From a bacterium (lineage in GTDB: Bacteria; BMS3Abin14), in contig CP070698.1 of assembly GCA_020349685.1 (NCBI GenBank), forward strand, positions 1,793,008-1,806,064: a stretch of DNA of 13,057 nucleotides, written 5' to 3'. The notes under the pieces were generated by a model. It did no database searches and was not told the origin of the DNA. It saw nothing but the letters and a program-made list of their open reading frames with translations. Made by a program: the position numbers and the translations under genes. Of the stretch, positions 7,626-13,057 are shown in pieces (within the stretch, counting starts at the first letter, position 1; each line of letters opens with the position of its first letter).

Positions 7626-8164
7626 CACAGATTCTCCCCTTCTTTTTCGCGTAACCTGAGAGCCGTTTCCTGTTTGAAACCCCTTCCCAGGTAATCCTCA
7701 AACTGTTCCTCTACGATTACTTCGTCCGATGTTATCCTTACGATCTTGCCCTTGTGCCGGCCCATGGGCGTCCCTACCGTCACGATGTGGGCCTTGCCAT
7801 CGGGAGTGATCACGTGGGCTATGGATCTTCTGCGGCTGACGATAATGCTCTCCACCCTCATGTCGGTGACCGGAACCCTCTGAAGCGGCGTCAACTGTTC
7901 CTCCGGTATGCCGTCCTCCGTGACCTTCTTGACGCGCAGCAGCGATCCGAAGGGGTTCCTTTCCGAAACCTTGTAGCTGAAAACGACGGTCTTCTCCTCG
8001 CCCTGGGCCGTTCCGGTTTCGGCGGGCGCCTCCTTTTTGGAGGGGACCGCCACAGGAGGCAGGGGCTTGGGCGGAGGCGCCTTCTTGCAGGCCGGACCCA
8101 CTGCCAGGGGCACTGCCAGAAGGACCAGGAGTATGGGCAGCAGTAAACGGCTTGGAATTCTCAT
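7625..8164 (-). CDS. pilP: Type IV pilus assembly lipoprotein PilP
   Basis: Hydrophobic signal ending in VGPAC, then YKVSERNPF, LTPLQR, TPDGKAHIVTVGTPMGRHKGKIVRITSDEVIVEE (PilP C-terminal pattern). Lies between pilO and pilQ. Confidence 0.92.
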   Translation of the reverse strand: MRIPSRLLLPILLVLLAVPLAVGPACKKAPPPKPLPPVAVPSKKEAPAETGTAQGEEKTVVFSYKVSERNPFGSLLRVKKVTEDGIPEEQLTPLQRVPVTDMRVESIIVSRRRSIAHVITPDGKAHIVTVGTPMGRHKGKIVRITSDEVIVEEQFEDYLGRGFKQETALRLREKEGENL

Positions 8165-8748
8165 TTTTTGCCCCCCGTCTCGACGTACCGGTAGGTCGTC
8201 GCAAGGGCGCTGATGTCAAGGAGGATAACGCCGCTGCGCTCATCCTCCTGGGCGTTGCCCATGGTGATATCACTGACATTGATGATCCTCGGCAATTTGC
8301 TCACCGCGTCGAGGAACAGCCCCATCTCGTGATACCCTCCCTTGACCTTGATCGATATGGGAACTTCGGCGTAAAACCCCTTGTCCACATCGTTCTGGGG
8401 ACGGATGTAGATCACCTCGAGACCGTTAATGCCCCCCAGATTGTTGATCGTCTCGAGCAGGTTCGGGATCTCCCTGCTGTTGGGCAGCTCCTGGACGACC
8501 CTGCCCAGCTGCTGGTTGAGCTTTTCCACCTCCTCCTTGAACCGCGGGAGGTTTCTCGCGATGGCCTCGTTTTCATTGAGCTTGGCCTGCTTGTTGCTCA
8601 GGTCGTTCCTGAGCCTCTTGATCGTCCGGGCCTTCCCCTTGTAACCCAGCTGCCAGTAGAGTCCGAAGATGATGAGCACGATGACCAGAACCAGGATGGC
8701 CTTCCTGGCCGGGGAGAGGTTAGCGATGGTTTGCGCGTCGATAGCCAT
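8161..8748 (-). CDS. pilO: Type IV pilus assembly protein PilO
   Basis: Single N-terminal TM, coiled coil, LPNSREIPNLL, FYAEVPISIKVKGGYHEMGLFLDAVSKLPRIINVSDI and ATTYRY. Confidence 0.95.
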   Translation of the reverse strand: MAIDAQTIANLSPARKAILVLVIVLIIFGLYWQLGYKGKARTIKRLRNDLSNKQAKLNENEAIARNLPRFKEEVEKLNQQLGRVVQELPNSREIPNLLETINNLGGINGLEVIYIRPQNDVDKGFYAEVPISIKVKGGYHEMGLFLDAVSKLPRIINVSDITMGNAQEDERSGVILLDISALATTYRYVETGGKK

Positions 8749-8772
8749 TCCTTGATCCTCCCTTTCGCCAGA

Positions 8773-9339
8773 TCAGCCCTTGCCGCCAGAGGGGACCACC
8801 ATCATCCTGAGGCTGAAATCGTTCAACTTGACCTTACGGTCTCCGACCGTCATTTCCTTCTGGCTCGTCTGGTCGAGCCTGATGTCGTCAAACCAGTCGG
8901 AGGCCTCCAGGTTCCTCATAAAGCCGGCGATGTCGTCCGTGGACAGGGACTTGCCCCGCAGCACCAGGGTGTTCTCCCTCTGCTGGTAGAATTCGAGCCA
9001 GACCTGCCCCGGTAGAGCCTTGTTCAGTTCATCCATGTAATGAACCTGCACCTGCCGATAGGTCTTCAGCTTGTCAATGACGGCGATCTTGCCCTCGAGG
9101 ACCTTTTTGTCGGCCTTGAACTTCTCCACTTCCTTGACGATCTTGCTGAGCCTGGTGATCTCCTGCTCCACCTTGGTGATCTGCAGCCGCAGGTCCTTGA
9201 TCGTGCGGTTGAGGGTCGAGTGCCAGGTGTAGACCCCGACGAGGGTCAGGACCATAACGAGAGCAAACAAGGTCTGCTCCTGCCTGGCGCCCATGCGGCG
9301 CCGCTCTTCACGGACCGGTAAAAGATTGATCTTTATCAT
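8773..9339 (-). CDS. pilN: Type IV pilus assembly protein PilN
   Basis: N-terminal INLLP PilM-binding motif, TM segment, coiled coil, LPGQVWL and IAGFMRNLEASDWF. ATGA overlap with pilM. Confidence 0.95.
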   Translation of the reverse strand: MIKINLLPVREERRRMGARQEQTLFALVMVLTLVGVYTWHSTLNRTIKDLRLQITKVEQEITRLSKIVKEVEKFKADKKVLEGKIAVIDKLKTYRQVQVHYMDELNKALPGQVWLEFYQQRENTLVLRGKSLSTDDIAGFMRNLEASDWFDDIRLDQTSQKEMTVGDRKVKLNDFSLRMMVVPSGGKG

Positions 9340-10394
9340 CGGTCATGCGCCTTTCTTATGGCCAGTCCCACTCCGACACCCAGCATCGGGGCCAAGTCCT
9401 CGATCAGGTCCGGGTCGAACTTCTTTCTGTTCACGGCGATGGCCTCCAGGGGATTGACCATTTCCACCTGGATGCCCAACCGCTGCTCAACGGCATTGAT
9501 CACGCTTGCGACCTTCGCCCCTCCGCCGCACAACGATACGCGGCTGATCTGGATATCGGGGTTGGAGGAGTTGAAAAAGTCGAGGGACCTCTGGATCTCC
9601 TGCCCCAGGTTTTCGGAGATGACATTCATGATCGGCCCGACGTCATCGGGCCCTTTCTCCCCGACCGTCTCCCCTTTCTTGAGGAGCTCCGCCTCGTCGT
9701 AACTGACCTGGAGCTGTTTCTGGATCGACTCGGTAAACTGGTTCCCTCCAACGGAAACATCCCGTGTGAATATGGACACGCCGTCCCTGATAATGTTGAT
9801 GTTGGTGGTGGATGCGCCCACGTTCACCAGGGCCACGACATCTTCGGGATTCAGGATATAGTTGGTCTCGTACATGTTCTGCAGGGCGAAGGCGTCCACG
9901 TCCACCACCACCGGGTTGAGTCCGGCTTCCGACACCACCGCGGTGAGGTCGTTGATGACGTCCTTCTTCACGACAACAAGGAGGACCTCCATCTTGTTCT
10001 CGCCCCCCACCGTCCCCATGATGACGAAGTCCATATTGACCTCGGAAGCGTCGAAGGGGACGTACTGCTCGGCTTCGAACTGGATATTCCTTTCCAGCTC
10101 CTCTTCGGTCATCTCCTGGACCCTGATCTTCTTGATAATGACCGAGTGGCCCGACACCGACACCGCCACATCCTTAACCTTGAGCTTCATCTCCCGTACC
10201 ATGTCCCGGAGAGTATCGGTGATGACACCGGCATCCATGATGGCGCCGTCAACGATGACCTCCTGAGGGAGGGGACGGGAGCCCATGTTCAGGAGCCGAT
10301 ATCCCTTGCCCGTCTCCTTGAGCAGGACGATCTTGATGGAACTGGAGCCTATGTCGAGACCGGCTAAAGCTTTGGAACCGCCAAACAGTGCCAT
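9336..10394 (-). CDS. pilM: Type IV pilus assembly protein PilM (actin/FtsA-like)
   Basis: GLDIGSSSIK, EAEQYVPFD, VVDVDAFALQN, VNVGASTTNI, GGNQFT, EIQRSLDFF, LCGGGA and VGLAIR. Confidence 0.97.
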   Translation of the reverse strand: MALFGGSKALAGLDIGSSSIKIVLLKETGKGYRLLNMGSRPLPQEVIVDGAIMDAGVITDTLRDMVREMKLKVKDVAVSVSGHSVIIKKIRVQEMTEEELERNIQFEAEQYVPFDASEVNMDFVIMGTVGGENKMEVLLVVVKKDVINDLTAVVSEAGLNPVVVDVDAFALQNMYETNYILNPEDVVALVNVGASTTNINIIRDGVSIFTRDVSVGGNQFTESIQKQLQVSYDEAELLKKGETVGEKGPDDVGPIMNVISENLGQEIQRSLDFFNSSNPDIQISRVSLCGGGAKVASVINAVEQRLGIQVEMVNPLEAIAVNRKKFDPDLIEDLAPMLGVGVGLAIRKAHDR

Positions 10395-10406
10395 CTGTCT
10401 ACTCCT

Positions 10407-10628
10407 CTATTCAAGGAAAACCCTGTTTCGCTCGTCAAGGGTCAGGCCCAGGGCCTTGATGATCTTCCTCTTGGTCTCCATGCGGCACGGGTGGCCCTTC
10501 TCCACTCTGTCTATGGTAGGGATGGAGAGATCGGCCGCCTTGGCCAGCTCCGACTTGGACATCAGCTTGGCTTCCCTGATGGTCCGTACATTGTTGGGTT
10601 TGAGCTGCACCTTTTTCCCCTTTTTCAT
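10407..10628 (-). CDS. Small XRE/Cro-family helix-turn-helix transcriptional regulator
   Basis: NNVRTIREAKLMSKSELAKAADLSIPTIDRVEKG..CRMETKRKIIKALG fits the HTH_3 pattern. Start set at ATG 10628 (GAGGA upstream) rather than TTG 10640. Ends 12 nt before pilM, so probably the first gene of the operon. Confidence 0.9.
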   Translation of the reverse strand: MKKGKKVQLKPNNVRTIREAKLMSKSELAKAADLSIPTIDRVEKGHPCRMETKRKIIKALGLTLDERNRVFLE

Positions 10629-10653
10629 GGTCTTCCTCAAATGAACATTGAAG

Positions 10654-10693
10654 ACAAATTTTGCAAAGTTTTATGAAATTTTACAAAATTTGT
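10654..10693. promoter_or_regulatory. 40-bp imperfect palindrome made of four 10-bp units; putative operator
   Basis: ACAAATTTTG CAAAGTTTTA TGAAATTTTA CAAAATTTGT: the outer 10 bp are a perfect inverted repeat and 17 of 20 positions are complementary. Lies directly downstream of the predicted -10 box. Confidence 0.6.
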
Positions 10694-10697
10694 ACAA

Positions 10698-10726
10698 ATA
10701 ATGAAAAATAAAATAACGTTTGTCAA
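10698..10726 (-). promoter_or_regulatory. Predicted sigma70 promoter of the HTH-pilMNOPQ operon
   Basis: Minus strand: consensus TTGACA (10726-10721), 17-nt spacer, CATTAT (10703-10698), with an A/T tract upstream (10731-10744) resembling an UP element. Confidence 0.72.
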
Positions 10727-10783
10727 GGGGAAAAATTAAAAAATCTTTTCTTTACAGTAGCTTGCATTCGAAACTTAAACAAA

Positions 10784-10832
10784 AAACACAAGACTTTGTG
10801 TTTAAACTACCATTTGGACACAATATTTTGTG
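10784..10832. promoter_or_regulatory. Two palindromic CACAA-N4-TTGTG sites; putative transcription factor sites
   Basis: AAACACAA-GACT-TTGTGTTT (10784-10803) and CACAA-TATT-TTGTG (10819-10832); the cores are 32 bp apart. Confidence 0.55.
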
Positions 10833-10920
10833 GAAAACATTATTTTTGAATTTCCAAATTGTAATTACGGTTTGAGGATAGAAAGCAGATCTGAAAACCA
10901 CCCCCCGTGAAGGCAAAACT

Positions 10921-10955
10921 GGTGATCGGTTATCAGTGATTGGTAATCCGTAAAT
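10921..10955. repeat. Heptanucleotide tandem array (GGTRATC-like x5)
   Basis: GGTGATC GGTTATC AGTGATT GGTAATC CGTAAAT. Confidence 0.75.
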
Positions 10956-10965
10956 TGCTCCTCTT

Positions 10966-10993
10966 CTTTGGACTTTGGTCTTTGGTCTTTGGC
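10966..10993. repeat. Heptanucleotide tandem array (CTTTGGH x4)
   Basis: CTTTGGA CTTTGGT CTTTGGT CTTTGGC, 6 nt from the stop codon of the PilX-like gene. Confidence 0.85.
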
Positions 10994-10999
10994 CTGTCT

Positions 11000-12703
11000 T
11001 TAATACACTCTCCTCCACTCCCGCCTGGTGAGCTTGATGATGTTCTGGCCCCCCGGCACCCCTTTGGGAAGGTAGTTCTTGAGGTTGGGGACCTGGTATA
11101 TATCGGGAACCTGGGCGAAGTTGACAAGACCGCCGATGACCGTGCCGGCGAACTTGGACTGCTTGTTGAAGTTGATCTGCCCTTCAGCGAAGTAGAATCC
11201 GGCGTGGATGTTCCCCGGCTTGCCGGAAAAGGTGATGTCGTTGGGCGTCACCACACCGAGGCTGTTGATGTCGTCGGCACCCGTGACCCCCTTGAGGTAC
11301 CCCTTGGCGGGATCGGGGCTGAAGTCGCCCCGGATGCCGAGGTTCCCGCTCACATAAAGGGTTCCGCCGTCGGCCTGGTCGAACCCTCCCGAGCTGTCGC
11401 CGTACACCTCGTAAGTTATGGTGTCGTTCCCATTGGCCTGACCGAAATCCAGGTCGCCCAGGATGACCACATTCCCCTTGATGGTAAGGGTATTGCCGTC
11501 GAAGAAGAAACCGTTTCCTGCCCCGTCGTCGTAGGTGTAGGGCCCGTCCCCCTGGTCGATCTTGTTACCGAAGGCCGTGGCGGCGTCGATCACCACCCCT
11601 GAGCTGGGCAGGGAAGAGGCGCACCCTGTGCCCTGGACCCAGTCCGCGTAAATGGAGGTGGCGATGGCGGCGTCGTTGCCGCCGGACTTTGAGGCGATGC
11701 AGGTATCCAGGTCCAGGCCGTTGTCGTCGAAGACCTCCTTCAGCCCGTCGTAGATGGAGGGCAGGGGGACGTCCGGGACCTCGTTGGAGAGGTTATTGTT
11801 GTAGTAGTGGGTCCCCACGCTGGCGTCGTTGGTGTTGGAGACATTGGTCATGCCGTCCACGTAGATGCCCTCCACTTCGTTGTTGCTGCCGGCGTACCCG
11901 ATCTGGGCGGAGTTGGCCTCGACGGTCAGATCACCCCCCTTGACCCGGACCTTGGTTTCAAGGTCGGTCACCGACGGGAGCATGTCGTAGAGGTCGTCCC
12001 CGGGAGCGAGGGGGTGGTGCCCCGTTGAATAGTTGTTGGTGATCTTGATGTTGGCCCCCATGGTCAGGGTCCCCCGCGAGTAGATGGAACCCGCCACGTT
12101 GGTGCTCCCCTGAAAATGGCCCGAGACCCCGGCGCCGGTGAAGATAGCGTTGTTGTAGGGGGAAAGGTCGTCCATCTTGAGGTGGTACTCGATGGCCGCC
12201 GTGCCTCCATTGCCGTAACCGTGGGACATGACGTAAACCTCGTCGTTGTCCTGTCTGAAGAGGTAGAGATCGAAGGTGAGGTTGTTCACCGTGTGGCCAC
12301 CTCCCAGGGTCAGCTTCTTGAGGCGGGAGTCGCTGCTGCCGAGGTACATGTCCAGGGAGCGGACGTCAGCGTCGAAGGTGGTGCTGCCGGTGCCGTCGGC
12401 CACGGATACCGTCTCGGCCCAGCCGGGGAAGCTGTTGTTGGCCCAGGCCGATCCTCCCTCGGTCTGGAAGTCGTTGATGAGCATGAGCAGGCCCCTCTCC
12501 AGGCCGGCTTCCGCGGCGTAGAACACCTGGGAGGAGATCTTCTGGTTCTGGGCCATCTTGATCTCGACGATGGAGGTGTTCAGCACCATTGTGCCCAGGA
12601 CGGTCAGCACCGTGATGAGGAACAGGGACAGCACCAGAGCTGTGCCCCGCTCGTTGCCAAGCGGTCCCCTTCTGCATGTCTTTACATCCGTGAACATCTT
12701 CAT
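11000..12703 (-). CDS. pilX: Large PilX-family minor pilin with extended beta-rich C-terminal region
   Basis: Class III (prepilin) signal GNERG|TALVLSLFLITVLTVLG lacking Glu5, as is typical of PilX/GspK-type pilins; PilX_N motif QVFYAAEAGLERG; C-terminal WRRVY; GGAGG before ATG 12703. Confidence 0.85.
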   Translation of the reverse strand: MKMFTDVKTCRRGPLGNERGTALVLSLFLITVLTVLGTMVLNTSIVEIKMAQNQKISSQVFYAAEAGLERGLLMLINDFQTEGGSAWANNSFPGWAETVSVADGTGSTTFDADVRSLDMYLGSSDSRLKKLTLGGGHTVNNLTFDLYLFRQDNDEVYVMSHGYGNGGTAAIEYHLKMDDLSPYNNAIFTGAGVSGHFQGSTNVAGSIYSRGTLTMGANIKITNNYSTGHHPLAPGDDLYDMLPSVTDLETKVRVKGGDLTVEANSAQIGYAGSNNEVEGIYVDGMTNVSNTNDASVGTHYYNNNLSNEVPDVPLPSIYDGLKEVFDDNGLDLDTCIASKSGGNDAAIATSIYADWVQGTGCASSLPSSGVVIDAATAFGNKIDQGDGPYTYDDGAGNGFFFDGNTLTIKGNVVILGDLDFGQANGNDTITYEVYGDSSGGFDQADGGTLYVSGNLGIRGDFSPDPAKGYLKGVTGADDINSLGVVTPNDITFSGKPGNIHAGFYFAEGQINFNKQSKFAGTVIGGLVNFAQVPDIYQVPNLKNYLPKGVPGGQNIIKLTRREWRRVY

Positions 12704-12720
12704 TACCTCCCCATGGCCTG

Positions 12721-13057
12721 TCAGTAGAGGTACTCCGTCCAGGTTTCAGTGGTCCAATCCCAGTACAGGCTGCCTAATTCGACATACAGTTGTGGATCTT
12801 GGAAGTAATAAGTGAGCCATATATCTACTGGGGTGTCGTTGGGCAGAACAAGATCGTAGGCCGGGTAAGTGAAGTTGAACTGGCCCTGGGAATCCGCTGC
12901 CTGCTCGTAGACCTTGGTTACCCAGCTGAAACCGTCGTCCCATCCAACCTCTGCCTTAACGAACACACCTGCCGCCGGCTGCCCGTCCAGGAACACCAGA
13001 CTGCCGGAAACAGAGAACTCGTCGTCGGTGGAGGTGTAGAACACACTGCTGTAATCA
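12721..13057 (-). CDS. Hypothetical protein, C-terminal part (5' end outside the window); possible transthyretin-like/carboxypeptidase-regulatory-like beta-sandwich
   Basis: The frame is open to the window edge (…DYSSVFYTSTDDEF…), so the GTG at 13044 is probably internal. VSGSLVFLDGQPAAGVFV…ADSQGQFNF fits the 'G.v.d..G.P..gv.v…tD..G.f.f' pattern. Stop lies 17 nt before the pilX start. Confidence 0.6.
   Translation of the reverse strand, partial: DYSSVFYTSTDDEFSVSGSLVFLDGQPAAGVFVKAEVGWDDGFSWVTKVYEQAADSQGQFNFTYPAYDLVLPNDTPVDIWLTYYFQDPQLYVELGSLYWDWTTETWTEYLY

Noticed and set aside
8152-10367. Plus-strand ORFs of 287 aa (8152-9015) and 340 aa (9345-10367), and similar ones at 1505-2131, 10940-11602 and 12116-12727
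   Set aside because: All lie antisense to well-supported genes and have shadow-ORF composition with no domain signal.
10640-10920. AT-rich island as a replication origin, horizontally acquired DNA or sigma54 promoter
   Set aside because: No cluster of DnaA boxes, no mobility genes and no TGGCAC-N5-TTGC motif found; a sigma70 regulatory region explains it.
10905-10945. GGCAAAACTGGTGA resembling the start of a c-di-GMP-I (GEMM) riboswitch
   Set aside because: The downstream GACGCAAAG and P3 elements are absent, it is antisense to the genes, and the sequence is explained by the heptamer array.
10752-11018. 88-aa minus-strand ORF (and 3492-3692, 66 aa)
   Set aside because: These translate heptamer arrays and AT-rich promoter DNA (RPKTKVQ, ITDNRSP, VHRSPFTVH); no coding evidence.

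Overview
GC-rich bacterial chromosomal window of deltaproteobacterial type (Desulfobacterota/Myxococcota-like, inferred from gene order and protein families). All supported genes are on the minus strand. In transcription order: a 5'-truncated protein with an acidic beta-sandwich C-terminus, a large (567 aa) PilX-like minor pilin, a small XRE-family HTH regulator, pilM-pilN-pilO-pilP-pilQ (type IVa pilus machine), an intrinsic terminator, aroC, a TPR/acidic-linker/TPR protein, a Roadblock/LC7 protein resembling MglC, efp, accB and a 3'-truncated accC. Points of most interest: (i) a TPR + MglC-like pair, translationally coupled and behind its own predicted sigma70 promoter, a candidate cell-polarity module for the pili; (ii) a richly structured pil promoter with a 40-bp palindromic, 10-bp-periodic array and two CACAA-N4-TTGTG sites; (iii) a PilQ with a lipoprotein-type signal; (iv) a terminator whose U-tract abuts the aroC Shine-Dalgarno; (v) intergenic heptanucleotide repeat arrays, some forming hairpins, plus a REP-like insert. 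No rRNA, tRNA, CRISPR array or transposase was seen. All family calls come from motif recognition by eye; no database search was run.
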